Translations under genes and position numbers: made by a program | Part shown: positions 37,547 through 47,891 of the stretch, one piece after another | How positions within the stretch are numbered: position 1 is the stretch's first letter | Layout of the letters: every line of letters starts with the position of its first letter | The notes under the pieces: generated by a model | Told to the model about the DNA's origin: nothing | Databases searched by the model: none | The model's input: the letters and a program-made list of their open reading frames with translations, nothing else | DNA from: an uncultured Candidatus Poseidoniales archaeon | GTDB taxonomy: Archaea > Thermoplasmatota > Poseidoniia > Poseidoniales > Poseidoniaceae | NCBI GenBank assembly: GCA_902605365.1 | Contig: CACLCM010000001.1 | Location: 6,762 to 70,761, forward strand | Length of the DNA: 64,000 nucleotides | Reading direction: 5' to 3'

Positions 37547-39619
37547 ATGAGTGAACCGGCATCTGATGATTTGTCCTCTCTCACTGTAGCCAAATTGAAG
37601 GTTATGTGTAAGGAGAATGGACTTTCTATGGCCGGTAGGAAAGCCGAATTGGTAGAACGATTAGACCAACATCTCAACGAAGAATCGATTTCACTCGAAG
37701 AAGTTGAAACCGTACCACTACCTTCCAAAGACGAGGAAGAAATCCTAGTGGCCGAAGTGATAGAGGCTGATATCATTGAAGAAACAGAAGCGCCAGTCCC
37801 TGTCACTTCCAAATCCTCAGATAAACCATTGACGTTCGTAGACCAAATTAAGAACCCAAAAGTCGCAGCAGTACTTCTTACAATTCTAATAGCAACAGGC
37901 GGTTGGTACTATTATGTCAATAGCCAATTGCAACCATTCACTGCCGATGATTTACGGTATGGGGATTCTATGGAATATACACTACTGAACGGTGATTTGG
38001 AAGTTACTGAAGGATTCATAGATCTCGTACAGGATAATTTCGATACAGGAGACGGAGATTATTGCCGAATGCAATTAGAGTTCTCCGGAAAAGGAACCAC
38101 TTCGGTAACTAATGGCGGTAGCAATGAATTGTTTTTCGAATCTGATGAGTCATTACTTGGAGCAGTTCAGGCCAAAGGTGGTTATGGGCTAGATTGGTTA
38201 ACAGTTGAGAAAACTCAAACACGTAATATCGATGACCTAACCTTCTCAAGATACAGGTACAAATTGCCACCATTCAACACTAACGAATGCAGCTCTATTC
38301 CAGAGGCAACTGGTGGTAGTTTGAAAATCGATACAAAGTCATGGACAGAACTATCAGAGCGAGACATCATTTCAACCCAAGCAGATTGGACAATCGATTT
38401 CCCAGCAATAGACCCTCCAATATATCGTGAAGGCACAACTATGTCGTTTGGCTTAGGAGGTGTTCTAGGTCTTCTTGAAGAGGTTGCACCTGGAGTTGCA
38501 ATCGTAGTATCTCCGGTGGAAATTAGAGAGATGATGGGAACTAAACTGATTCAAACAGATGCCAATGGAACCCACTTGGGATGGGAATGGAACGTCATTG
38601 GTCCTGATGATGTAGGAGATGATGAAATGTGGAAGATTGCGATGGAGCATCGTGAAATCCGAGAGAATTGTTTCGGTCACGCTAGGATTACTATGTGGGT
38701 GACAGAAGATTCACCATGGGCAGTTCGTCAAAACGTAGATGTTCATATTTCTGAAGATGGTGACAAATCATCTTGCGGAGGATTCTCTGACCAACTTGCG
38801 GACATCATACTACCCGATGGCAGCCTCAGCCTTAGCCTTGAAATGTCTAAAAATTCACTGACAAGGGGAAGTAAATTGCTCGACTTAGGTCGTAGTTATT
38901 CTTCTGTACCCAATGCCGGAGCCTATGCTCCTTCATCTAGCGAATTATCGGATTGGGGCAATTACGACTTACATTTACCGGATAATACCACACTTCGTTC
39001 TCACTCATTAGAGATGGCTGTGGGATGTGTAACTGCAGGATTTGTACCAGAAGCAACTGCAATCAATTCAGCATTGGATAATGATGGATATATTTGGCGA
39101 GCTAGAGACAACCGAAGCGATTCATCTACAACTAGTTGGAATCTCTCTTGGGTCAGTACCAGTCCTAATTCGGGTTGGGTTGTAGTCGATGTGTTGGGCG
39201 AACCTAGCCAAGAAAATTGCAATTATGTGTCGCATGGCGGGTACGATGATAGTGTGGCACATAGCCGCAATGACATACCTTCAGCTCTGAACATAAGTAT
39301 GCTAGAACAAGACCTCGTTGATTCGACAAGATTCCCTCAACTTAGTGGCGATGATGGGTTCTTCACATCATCTGGAGAATATCATTCAGAAACTAGAGTT
39401 GGACATTTGGTCGTAACTCCGGATGGAGATTATACCGATTGGATAAACCGATTAAGTTCAGGAGATACAGGTGCTACGACTTTGGACTTAACTCGCTCTT
39501 GGTCGTCATCTACCACGAATAATGGAATAACTACACTGTGGGATAACACGCTCTCTTTGGCTATGGATGCCACAACAGGACAAGTTATTGGTTGGAATCA
39601 CGTAAAAACTCCAATATGA
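37547..39619 (+). CDS. SAP-domain single-pass membrane protein
   Basis: 'LSSLTVAKLKVMCKENGLSMAGRKAELVERL' is a SAP motif; followed by a TM helix and a large outside domain. Confidence 0.8.
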   Translation: MSEPASDDLSSLTVAKLKVMCKENGLSMAGRKAELVERLDQHLNEESISLEEVETVPLPSKDEEEILVAEVIEADIIEETEAPVPVTSKSSDKPLTFVDQIKNPKVAAVLLTILIATGGWYYYVNSQLQPFTADDLRYGDSMEYTLLNGDLEVTEGFIDLVQDNFDTGDGDYCRMQLEFSGKGTTSVTNGGSNELFFESDESLLGAVQAKGGYGLDWLTVEKTQTRNIDDLTFSRYRYKLPPFNTNECSSIPEATGGSLKIDTKSWTELSERDIISTQADWTIDFPAIDPPIYREGTTMSFGLGGVLGLLEEVAPGVAIVVSPVEIREMMGTKLIQTDANGTHLGWEWNVIGPDDVGDDEMWKIAMEHREIRENCFGHARITMWVTEDSPWAVRQNVDVHISEDGDKSSCGGFSDQLADIILPDGSLSLSLEMSKNSLTRGSKLLDLGRSYSSVPNAGAYAPSSSELSDWGNYDLHLPDNTTLRSHSLEMAVGCVTAGFVPEATAINSALDNDGYIWRARDNRSDSSTTSWNLSWVSTSPNSGWVVVDVLGEPSQENCNYVSHGGYDDSVAHSRNDIPSALNISMLEQDLVDSTRFPQLSGDDGFFTSSGEYHSETRVGHLVVTPDGDYTDWINRLSSGDTGATTLDLTRSWSSSTTNNGITTLWDNTLSLAMDATTGQVIGWNHVKTPI

Positions 39620-39628
39620 GGTGAAAGA

Positions 39629-39958
39629 ATGACTGGTAGAGGACTAGATCATTTAATCGAACAGAATGAAACCGACCTTGGTTTTCTTTCTGCATATGGT
39701 GGTGGAGAAAGTCCTGCAGAACTTCTAGCTCTCATTCAGGATGCTATTTGTGAAGGAATGAAGTTAGAAGAAGTTTCAGAAGGAGTTCAGTTTACTCTAG
39801 AAAGAGAAAACCTTCCCCTTGTACCTTCAGATATTAATCGCAGAGGTTTCCTAAAACCATCTCTAGACAACAAAGGCGTAACGGTTACAATAACTGATTT
39901 TGGACCTGAACAACGCCGTTTTATCGAGCGTTTAGTCGAATTCATTCTTTACGAATGA
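39629..39958 (+). CDS. Hypothetical protein
   Basis: 109-aa ORF with GAGGTGA RBS; in an operon with the SAP protein. Confidence 0.7.
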   Translation: MTGRGLDHLIEQNETDLGFLSAYGGGESPAELLALIQDAICEGMKLEEVSEGVQFTLERENLPLVPSDINRRGFLKPSLDNKGVTVTITDFGPEQRRFIERLVEFILYE

Positions 39959-40517
39959 CCGCAACAGCGATCACTCCTAGAGAAATCGCTCCTAGAGTTG
40001 CTAGAACGCCTACAGCAGGAAGGCCATCAGAATCTTCCTCGCTATCTTCAGGACATCCATCGCCGCCCCATTCTCCATCATTTAGCCAACAATCTGACCA
40101 AGTCTTGTAGAAACCGGATGAAGGGAACATTTCGGTCGTGTCATTGTCATTGGAATATGTTGCCTTAACTCTCCAATTCACGTATGTGTGGTCTTCTATG
40201 GTAGTCACAGATGAAGTGAATGTTCGGTTATCCTCACTTGTAACAACAGCAGATTCTGGCGGTAAGCAAACCCCATCATTATTACAAATCTGAGTAATCA
40301 AATCGAATGTGGTATTATTGTTGAATGCATCATTATTCAGAGTCATTGTGATATCCCAATTTTCTAAATCTGTAGTTACTTCAGTATGAGAAATTGCATC
40401 AAAAATAGTTTCTTCAACCACTGGCTCGATATTTACTCCGCCTTCTACATCAGCAGCATAGGTAGTGTTCAGTAGTGCAATACTCATCAAAATACAAACT
40501 ATCATTCTTGTTTTCAT
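39942..40517 (-). CDS. Small secreted protein with a PGF-CTERM-like anchor
   Basis: Signal peptide; C-terminal 'GLPAVG'-TM-RKE; ATGA overlap with the upstream gene. Confidence 0.65.
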   Translation of the reverse strand: MKTRMIVCILMSIALLNTTYAADVEGGVNIEPVVEETIFDAISHTEVTTDLENWDITMTLNNDAFNNNTTFDLITQICNNDGVCLPPESAVVTSEDNRTFTSSVTTIEDHTYVNWRVKATYSNDNDTTEMFPSSGFYKTWSDCWLNDGEWGGDGCPEDSEEDSDGLPAVGVLATLGAISLGVIAVAVIRKE

Positions 40518-41023
40518 AGTTCCATCTCCCATAACTCGTCACCAACCCAGTGAATGTTCTTTAGGCCCTTGCCTTTTAATTCACCGATTAGGGAAGGCCC
40601 ATCTTTAGTGGCCCATCCAATCGCTAATGGCCTCTTATGAGTCTGGTCTCTAACCCAGACCAAATCTCCTTCTTTGATTTCTTCATCAGCATTATGGATG
40701 CCAGCAACCATACAATCTGCGCCCTTCATCAAGAAAGGAATTGCTCCATGGTCAACCTCAACGAAACGCTTCTCACAAGGGTAAGAAAGGAAGCCTCGTA
40801 AAGTAAGGAATACGACTCGCTCATCATCAGGGCTCATCAACTCTACAGCCAATGGAACTCGATCAACTAACACCATTTTCCAAGGCCCGTAATCTGCCAT
40901 TTCAAGGAAAGCGCCATCGACTGCTAAATCAATACCTAAAGCGGATTCTAGGTCTTTGAGTAAAGGAGCGATATTTTTGCGTCTAACCGGTCGGCGCTTC
41001 TTGATTTGCCAGTCCTTCGCCAT
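40514..41023 (-). CDS. PUA-domain RNA-binding protein (DUF1947/MCT-1-like)
   Basis: VEVDHGAIPFLMKGADCMVAGI, PLAIG and KNIHWVGDELW. Confidence 0.88.
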   Translation of the reverse strand: MAKDWQIKKRRPVRRKNIAPLLKDLESALGIDLAVDGAFLEMADYGPWKMVLVDRVPLAVELMSPDDERVVFLTLRGFLSYPCEKRFVEVDHGAIPFLMKGADCMVAGIHNADEEIKEGDLVWVRDQTHKRPLAIGWATKDGPSLIGELKGKGLKNIHWVGDELWEMEL

Positions 41024-41090
41024 GTTAGCCCCTGTGGTCCCTGATGTTTGACCCTTCGGTTTGATGAGGGCGTGACCCATGCGGTTGAAT

Positions 41091-41660
41091 ATGGACGTAT
41101 GGTGTGCAATCCGAACCTATCCTAAACATGCTCTAGAATTAGGCAATCCGATCCCACAAGAGCCGGTATTTTTCCTCAAACCTTCTTCCTCGATAATCGA
41201 ATTTGGCCAAATCGAGACCTGTGATGGCGATGTCCATCACGAAATTGAGCTGGTTTTGAAAATCGGAGATGAAGGAATGCCTTCACACATGGCTCTAGGA
41301 TTAGATTTGACTAAACGTAGTGTTCAAGACCATTTGAAGTCAAATGGATTGCCATGGGCAGAAGCAAAAGCCTTCTCTGGTAGTGCAGTAATTGGTGACT
41401 GGTTTGAGTATGACCACAGAGCAGAATATAGCTTAGAAATCAACGGCGAAGAAGTTCAAAGAGGTTCTCTGAAAGAAATGAGTTGGACTCCTGGCGAATT
41501 AATCGACAAACTCGCTCATTGGGCTCCAATTACAAAGGGCGACCTATTGTTCACTGGTACTCCTGCAGGCGTTGGTCCATTAATGGCAAATGACACCGTC
41601 ACGGCCTCTCTATACATCGAAAACAAGTGTATTGTCTCACATACAGCACAATGTGTTTGA
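41091..41660 (+). CDS. Fumarylacetoacetate hydrolase family protein
   Basis: HALELGN, PVFFLKP, HHEIEL, LDLT and GDLLFTGTPAGVGP. Confidence 0.9.
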   Translation: MDVWCAIRTYPKHALELGNPIPQEPVFFLKPSSSIIEFGQIETCDGDVHHEIELVLKIGDEGMPSHMALGLDLTKRSVQDHLKSNGLPWAEAKAFSGSAVIGDWFEYDHRAEYSLEINGEEVQRGSLKEMSWTPGELIDKLAHWAPITKGDLLFTGTPAGVGPLMANDTVTASLYIENKCIVSHTAQCV

Positions 41661-41714
41661 GGCATACCCTTCAAATATGAACGGCTGGTCGCCAAGCCGC
41701 TGGAGACAACAATA

Positions 41715-42089
41715 ATGGGACAGTGGCACGGAATCTCACGTCGCAAGTCAAGTGGAGGACGTCGCGTTTCTTCTCGTGGAAAGAGAAGTACCGAAATCTC
41801 CTCGGAAAAGCAATTTGCTCTTATTGGAGAGCCAAAGCGCAAAATCTACCGTAAGACCGGTGGAAACACGCTTGTTCGTGTTCTATCCGACAACCGTTGC
41901 ACAATCAACGGTAAGGATGGCAAGTCTACAATCGCTAATATCACCAACGTCATCCAAAATGACGCAAACTCAAACTACATTCGTCGTAACATCCTGACCA
42001 AGGGTGCAGTCGTAGAGACCGATAAAGGCCAAGTCAAGATTACTTCTCGTCCAGGACACGATGGCGTTCTAAACGGTGTTGTACTTTGA
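41715..42089 (+). CDS. rps8e: 30S ribosomal protein eS8
   Basis: SRRKSSGG, YIRRNILTKGAVVET and ITSRPGHDG. Confidence 0.95.
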   Translation: MGQWHGISRRKSSGGRRVSSRGKRSTEISSEKQFALIGEPKRKIYRKTGGNTLVRVLSDNRCTINGKDGKSTIANITNVIQNDANSNYIRRNILTKGAVVETDKGQVKITSRPGHDGVLNGVVL

Positions 42090-42125
42090 ATGGGTTCAAA
42101 GGTAATCGCCCTCTGAGGGTTTGAT

Positions 42126-42581
42126 ATGGACCACAATCCAGACCGCATTGCAGTCTGGCCTGGCTACTTCAATGCCAAGGTTAGTCGTCGTAGTGGTCGA
42201 CGTGTTCCAAGAGATTCTAGCGTTCTAAAACCAGACTTAGAAGGTCTTTTCATCGCTTCAAGAGCATTGGGTTTGAAAAAAATCAAGCGTGAAGAAAAAA
42301 TTTCACATCCTAACAGGCCTCATGGTAAAGAAGGCCGGCTATGGGTTTCCAAAAAAGGAGCTAGTGAATCAATCGGCGCTTCTACCAAAGAAGAAATTCT
42401 CCAATTGATTGGTGGCCAGTGGCGCCAAATGCAGAAGGACCAGCGTTCGAATGAGAAAGATGCACAAGTTCGTGGCCCAAAGGTCGGGGACAAGCGTGCT
42501 CGCTCACAACGCAAAGGCGCTAACAAAGCCAAGGCGGCCCAAGCACGTGCTCAAAGAAGCCAGAAACGCCGTCGCCGTTGA
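42126..42581 (+). CDS. srp19: Signal recognition particle 19 kDa protein with basic C-terminal extension
   Basis: VWPGYFNAKVSRRSGRRVP and HPNRPHGKEGRL; follows rps8e as in other archaea. Confidence 0.88.
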   Translation: MDHNPDRIAVWPGYFNAKVSRRSGRRVPRDSSVLKPDLEGLFIASRALGLKKIKREEKISHPNRPHGKEGRLWVSKKGASESIGASTKEEILQLIGGQWRQMQKDQRSNEKDAQVRGPKVGDKRARSQRKGANKAKAAQARAQRSQKRRRR

Positions 42582-42621
42582 ATAGGAATTGATTATTTGC
42601 TTATTGCCATTCGAATGTGGC

Positions 42622-43002
42622 ATGCACTACTTCTTTCCAGGGATGATTGTCGGTTTTATTATTCTCCAAACGTCAATCATTGCACCAACCTTGTTCAAAA
42701 AATTGGATATCAAAAATTTTGGAATTGCAATTAGGGCTATTTGGCCTAAGTTCTTCATTGCAATTTTCTTGTTAGGTTCTGCCACACTTGCAACCGTTGC
42801 AACGCATGATGAATTATCGATTTACCATTATGCAATTGCTGGCAGCACTACTCTTTTCGCTTTAGTTTGCTATCTTATCATACCTGCAACCAATCGAGCT
42901 ACAGATGAAGGTAACAAAAAATTGTTCAATATTCTGCACAAAACTAGCGTCTATCTTACCGTAATAATGTTGATTTCAAACATTGCTTACCTATTTGTTT
43001 GA
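42622..43002 (+). CDS. DUF4149/TMEM205-like membrane protein
   Basis: IAPTLFKKL, RAIWPKFF, IIPATN and FNILHKTSVYL; four TM helices. Confidence 0.7.
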   Translation: MHYFFPGMIVGFIILQTSIIAPTLFKKLDIKNFGIAIRAIWPKFFIAIFLLGSATLATVATHDELSIYHYAIAGSTTLFALVCYLIIPATNRATDEGNKKLFNILHKTSVYLTVIMLISNIAYLFV

Positions 43003-43018
43003 AGTTCACAATCAAAAA

Positions 43019-44896
43019 TTAAGAATTGCTCGTACAGATATCGGATGTACACAAAGTAGTATCATAATATTCTCTTGTTGCAGGGTCAAAGACATCCATT
43101 TGTAGAGTAGAGCCTGAATCGACAACAGTAACTATTGTTGAGGCTGCTGAAGGAAGATAATCTTCACCAGTACTCCTCAGGGTTAGTCGAATAGTATGTC
43201 CTTCATCAATCTCTACATCCATTGGGAAAAACTCCATCACTGCTGTGATCTCTTCAAAGATTGGAGTCCAAGACTGCTCTTGAGAGCCACCTGCATGGTA
43301 TCTTAGATCCATAATTGCGTGACCGATGTGGATACAAGTGCCTTCGTAACAATCTTCCATAAGTGCATAAATTTGTCCTCCAATAGTTGCTGTATTCACA
43401 TTGACGTGCAGCCTAGGAGTTCCGCCAAAGTAGAGTGCTTCTTCTAGTGGAGGAGTTTCATAAACAGGTCCTGAACTAGCATCTGGACGAATTGTGTTTC
43501 CTCCGCCCATCGCTGCAAGTTCCGTGCTACCTAACTCCCACCAAACTTCTTCAGTATTGGACATAGGGTAGCGGTCCTCAAATCGCCAGTCGCCTTGGTT
43601 AGATTGGATTTCAACTCCAAGCCATGGCTGTGGGCCAACTTCTTTCAGATAGTATGTGAACCACTCTAGAAGGTCTTGCATCCAATCCATGCGTACCATC
43701 TCAGGGAAGGCTTCTCTGCCTCTGCCATCTGCACTTCTGTCGTACATCTGTTGAGGGCGGTCAGGATAATCGTGGTCCCATTGTCCGAACAGTCCCTTTG
43801 CTTCTATATCCGCATCATACAATTTGTTGATAGTTGGAATAGCCATATGTGGGTCAACGTTCCAGTCATGCATCCCTTGAATCAAATATACACTGCCTTC
43901 GTAATTTTCTAGGACTCTATCCAAGAAATATCTCTCGCCCCAGTAATCACCTGCAGCCTCACTGCCCCAGGCCCAAGCAGCGCCACCTGTGGCTGGCCCA
44001 GCGATATAATCAGGACACATGTTCCCTGCATCTTCCAAATCCCCGTCAATTCCGTAGGACCCGTACACGCCATTGTGCATAATCGGCGCACGAGCTTCAC
44101 TACTGCCGTTACGCCACATCAACTCCATCACGCCGATTAAACCAGAAATAGGAACGATTGTTGTGAGGTGTTCATTTCCAAACATTGCAGCCTGCCATGG
44201 AGTTGAACCATCGTATGATTTTCCAATCATCCCAACATTTCCATTACTCCAATCTTGACTTCCCAGCCAAGTGACTGCTGCATCAACCCCAAGTTGTTCA
44301 GCGGTACCCATCAAATCCATACAGTGGTTTGACCTACCAGTTCCCATAACAGAAACTTGAGCGAAGGCAAAGCCATGAGGAACGATTTGCTCCAAGATCA
44401 TTGTTCCCAACCATGTACCTGGCTCTTCAATACCGGGAGTTTCAACAGATGCTTCATCGAAATAGGGTCCAAATTCTGCAATAACAGGTACAGTGGTTCC
44501 TTCTGGAACATCAGGAATCCAAACTGCTAGACTGACCTTGCCGTTAGGTGCAGCTCCACCCTCTTCAATCGGTAATTCAAAATCTACGAAATGGTGTGTT
44601 CCCGACCACAATTGCGCTCCATCCGGACCGGTTAAGGTTCCATTTTCAAGGATGTAAGAATGAGAACCATTAGTGACAAAGTCTTGCTTGTATCTTTCTT
44701 CAATAGGGACATATTCAAACATTGATTCATCCATGGTAAATTCTTCTACGATTGTACCAATCACTTTGCTCATCAAGAGAAATACAATCGCAATAGCAAT
44801 CGTACCACCTAGGACAGCGTTCAACGAGCGGGTATCACTAGCCTTGGAAGAACTCTCATCTTCCACGATCTCGGCATCAAATACCGCTTCGCTCAT
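43019..44896 (-). CDS. CocE/NonD family (S15) hydrolase, membrane-anchored
   Basis: GTGRSNHC, WSNGNVGMIGKSYDG nucleophile motif, QGMHDWNV and GQWDH. Confidence 0.88.
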   Translation of the reverse strand: MSEAVFDAEIVEDESSSKASDTRSLNAVLGGTIAIAIVFLLMSKVIGTIVEEFTMDESMFEYVPIEERYKQDFVTNGSHSYILENGTLTGPDGAQLWSGTHHFVDFELPIEEGGAAPNGKVSLAVWIPDVPEGTTVPVIAEFGPYFDEASVETPGIEEPGTWLGTMILEQIVPHGFAFAQVSVMGTGRSNHCMDLMGTAEQLGVDAAVTWLGSQDWSNGNVGMIGKSYDGSTPWQAAMFGNEHLTTIVPISGLIGVMELMWRNGSSEARAPIMHNGVYGSYGIDGDLEDAGNMCPDYIAGPATGGAAWAWGSEAAGDYWGERYFLDRVLENYEGSVYLIQGMHDWNVDPHMAIPTINKLYDADIEAKGLFGQWDHDYPDRPQQMYDRSADGRGREAFPEMVRMDWMQDLLEWFTYYLKEVGPQPWLGVEIQSNQGDWRFEDRYPMSNTEEVWWELGSTELAAMGGGNTIRPDASSGPVYETPPLEEALYFGGTPRLHVNVNTATIGGQIYALMEDCYEGTCIHIGHAIMDLRYHAGGSQEQSWTPIFEEITAVMEFFPMDVEIDEGHTIRLTLRSTGEDYLPSAASTIVTVVDSGSTLQMDVFDPATREYYDTTLCTSDICTSNS

Positions 44897-44946
44897 GGTA
44901 CCCTGATACATCTCTTACTCATGACTTTGATGCCAGTTAGTGCGAA

Positions 44947-45903
44947 TCAGACTTTGGCCATCAATCCCATATTCATTGGAATTGGAGAGATGAAGTTTTG
45001 ATGGATTGGATTATTTGCATCGTGTCTGTTTATGTGGTGGCTAAGCAAAATCATTGCAGCAGATCTTGGTAGAAGTCCTTTCCTGAATTGATGAATGACT
45101 TCCAAGAGTTCTCTTTTGTCTTGTTTGGACATGTTTGGTAGTTTTCCGATGACTCTTTCCATTGCATGAGCAATTCGCCCACGTCTGGTGAGTACAGATA
45201 GGCCCTTTTGCGCTTCAGTCATGTACTTCAGAGCAACGTTTTCTGGGTGTTCATCATTATCGAATCCTTGAGCAATGATTCTGCCCAATGCTCTCTTAGA
45301 GTCAGGTGCACGACTTAACAAGAATAACTTGTGTTCAGCATGGAATTTCATAATTTTACTAGCACTCCAGCCAGACTCTCCTATTGTTTGCCAGTCGTTG
45401 AAGAAATGAACACGCGCTAGGAAATGTTCTGCTTGACGAGGATCGGTTAGGCGTCCTTCCTCTATTACTGGAATGTGGGGGTATAGCGTGGTGAATACCT
45501 TTGCAAACATGCCAACACCATCTCGAACTGCTTGCGGATTTTCACCACGGTATACCTTAACTCGCTCAAGACCACAGCTTGGTGAATCCTTCTTGAATAC
45601 GAATCCACTGATACCAATAGACATTAGGTAATCAGATTGAATCTCTGAATACTCTAGCATCTTGTCAGTGAAATCTTCACCATTCTTTGGATTCACTAGC
45701 GAAATCCTTTCTTCACCTTTGACTAGCCTGATGGTTGGACGTGGCACCCCCATGCCGATTCCAACTTCAGGGCAGACACCGACTAATTCTAGATGCTCAC
45801 TCCAAACGCGGTTGAGCACCCTAAATTCTGCAGCATCGCCGTTGTAACGTACTTTCTTTCCAAGGAGACATGCTGATACTGCAAGTTTAGGTTTACTAGA
45901 CAT
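44947..45903 (-). CDS. DUF523/DUF1722 (YbgA-like; 2-thiouracil desulfurase domain) protein
   Basis: VSACLLGKKVRYNG, VCPEVGIGMGVPR, KKDSPSCG, EEGRL and FHAEHKLFL. Confidence 0.88.
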   Translation of the reverse strand: MSSKPKLAVSACLLGKKVRYNGDAAEFRVLNRVWSEHLELVGVCPEVGIGMGVPRPTIRLVKGEERISLVNPKNGEDFTDKMLEYSEIQSDYLMSIGISGFVFKKDSPSCGLERVKVYRGENPQAVRDGVGMFAKVFTTLYPHIPVIEEGRLTDPRQAEHFLARVHFFNDWQTIGESGWSASKIMKFHAEHKLFLLSRAPDSKRALGRIIAQGFDNDEHPENVALKYMTEAQKGLSVLTRRGRIAHAMERVIGKLPNMSKQDKRELLEVIHQFRKGLLPRSAAMILLSHHINRHDANNPIHQNFISPIPMNMGLMAKV

Positions 45904-45953
45904 ACAATAACTTTAGTGGGTCACTATATGAAAGCCCGTTTTTCTCAAGGGAA

Positions 45954-46760
45954 TTATTCGATGCAGTAGGGGCAGGAAACTCCTCTTACGAAATCAGGAC
46001 TCTGCGCTTGTTCTGGAGTTAGCGGCTCTCTACAAGCCCAGCAAACTTCAGAGTCTGTTACACTGAGATCTCCCAATACTCCGACACGCCTATCGAACAC
46101 GAAGCATTCTCCATCCCAGTGTGCTCCACCAGTCTTTTCGAAATAGTTCAGGATTCCACCATTGATTTGGTAGACTTCCTCATATCCTTCGTTTAGCATT
46201 ACTACACTGGCTTTCTCACAACGAATACCGCCAGTGCAGAACATTACCACTGGCTTATCTTTTGGAATATCACATTCCTCTACTGCCTTAGGGAATGCTC
46301 GGAAACTTTCGATATCGAAATCAACAGCTCCCTCAAAGGTCCCCATTCTAACTTCGTAGTCATTACGTGTATCGAGAATTGTAACTTCTTTCCCATCATC
46401 CAGCCATTGTTTGAACACTTCAGGGTCGATGTGCGTCCCTGTATATTCGTGAGGCTTTACAGTAGGAACTCCCATTGAGATGATCTCTTTTTTGAGGCGA
46501 ACATTCATCTTTCTAAATGCGCATTCATCAGATTCAGAGTACTTTACCCAGATGTCCTCAAACCTAGAATCTGACTTAATATGTTCAACAAAAATATCGA
46601 TTTTTTCTCTTGGTGCTGAAAGGAATATGTTGATTCCCTCTGGTGACAAAAGAATGGTTCCATAGATTCCATGAGAATCACAGAACTCCTTCAGTGGTGC
46701 TCTTAATTCTTCGAATTTCGGCATATCAAGAAACTTGTATGCTGAAATATTGGTCCACAT
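45954..46760 (-). CDS. trhO: Rhodanese-domain tRNA U34 hydroxylase TrhO (YceA/UPF0176) family
   Basis: GTILLSPEGIN, VRLKKEII, LDTRNDYE, FCTGGIRCEKA, GGILNY and CFVFDRR. Confidence 0.85.
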   Translation of the reverse strand: MWTNISAYKFLDMPKFEELRAPLKEFCDSHGIYGTILLSPEGINIFLSAPREKIDIFVEHIKSDSRFEDIWVKYSESDECAFRKMNVRLKKEIISMGVPTVKPHEYTGTHIDPEVFKQWLDDGKEVTILDTRNDYEVRMGTFEGAVDFDIESFRAFPKAVEECDIPKDKPVVMFCTGGIRCEKASVVMLNEGYEEVYQINGGILNYFEKTGGAHWDGECFVFDRRVGVLGDLSVTDSEVCWACREPLTPEQAQSPDFVRGVSCPYCIE

Positions 46761-46770
46761 CTGAATTACC

Positions 46771-47115
46771 TCAAGCAGTCTTTACACCTTCAGGCCATAG
46801 AACAAGAATCAGTGTTTTTCCACGTGTCCTCGGTGTGTGTTCGCTTTCACTATCCATCCAGACAATTGAGCCTTCGGGGTAAGTTCCATCTTCATCCCAG
46901 ACTTCTCCTTTTAGTACAAGATACGCCTCTCCTCTTGGATGACTATGTGGCATGAATGCATCAACTTCAACTTCTGAGTTTGCTTCATAGAGTACCAATG
47001 ATGTCTTTTCTTCTCGCTTTAGTTTACCCAGGCGAACTCCTGTTCCAAAATCTCGCCAAGAAATATTCTCTTCAAGCCATTCTTCGTCGATAGAGAAACT
47101 GAGCCATTGAGACAT
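46771..47115 (-). CDS. ChrR-like cupin
   Basis: PHSHPRGEAYLVLKG, YPEGS and SEHTP. Confidence 0.75.
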   Translation of the reverse strand: MSQWLSFSIDEEWLEENISWRDFGTGVRLGKLKREEKTSLVLYEANSEVEVDAFMPHSHPRGEAYLVLKGEVWDEDGTYPEGSIVWMDSESEHTPRTRGKTLILVLWPEGVKTA

Positions 47116-47179
47116 ATCGTGAGTGAACACCATGTTAGTTGGAATGAGCAATATGACTTGATTACTTCGGTTTAGAATT

Positions 47180-47887
47180 TTAATCAATCATTGCAATATT
47201 TGGCATGAATCCAAGAACTGTAATGTCGATCTGTATCGTTTCATCATTGTCATTATTCTGGGTAGGGATTTGCGAAGTTTGCACATCAACACTAACTTCT
47301 AGCGTAAGCGTCCCAATTCCGTATCCGTCAAGTTTCCATGGGTCTAAAGCAATCACTTTATTGTCGGCTTCAGTCTCATAACTCTCTCCATTATATCCTG
47401 GATAAGTCAGTAATTCGAGGTTAATTGTTTCGCATGAATTCGAACCGCCATTCAGATTATTATTTTCATCTAGCCACTGTGCTGGATATTCGGTTTGGAC
47501 AAGTGTAGCTTGTACTGAATCGCAGGGATCTGCAACATTTTGGGATGTTTCACTGTATGATATTTGGACTTGTATTATACCAATTCTAAAATCATCAGGC
47601 AATTCTGATAAATCGATTTCAAAATCTAAAACCTCTTCTGTACCATCTGCAATTATAACCGATTCAGATATTGCATATGTTGATTCTTCAAAAGATATTG
47701 ACCAGTCATCAAGAAATCTAACTTCATCATGTAATTCAGAGTTTTTTATTCCCAATGAATAGTAGATTTTTACAGTTATCAAAAGTAAAGCAACACCAAA
47801 AACGGCTAATGTTGAGCGTGTATCTTTGTCACCAACAAATGTCGCAGTAGGTTTCATTAAATCTTGAATAAACGTATTTTCTTCCAT
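47180..47887 (-). CDS. Hypothetical single-TM protein
   Basis: 235-aa ORF with an N-terminal TM and acidic outside domain; AT-rich. Confidence 0.65.
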   Translation of the reverse strand: MEENTFIQDLMKPTATFVGDKDTRSTLAVFGVALLLITVKIYYSLGIKNSELHDEVRFLDDWSISFEESTYAISESVIIADGTEEVLDFEIDLSELPDDFRIGIIQVQISYSETSQNVADPCDSVQATLVQTEYPAQWLDENNNLNGGSNSCETINLELLTYPGYNGESYETEADNKVIALDPWKLDGYGIGTLTLEVSVDVQTSQIPTQNNDNDETIQIDITVLGFMPNIAMID

Positions 47888-47891
47888 TTAA

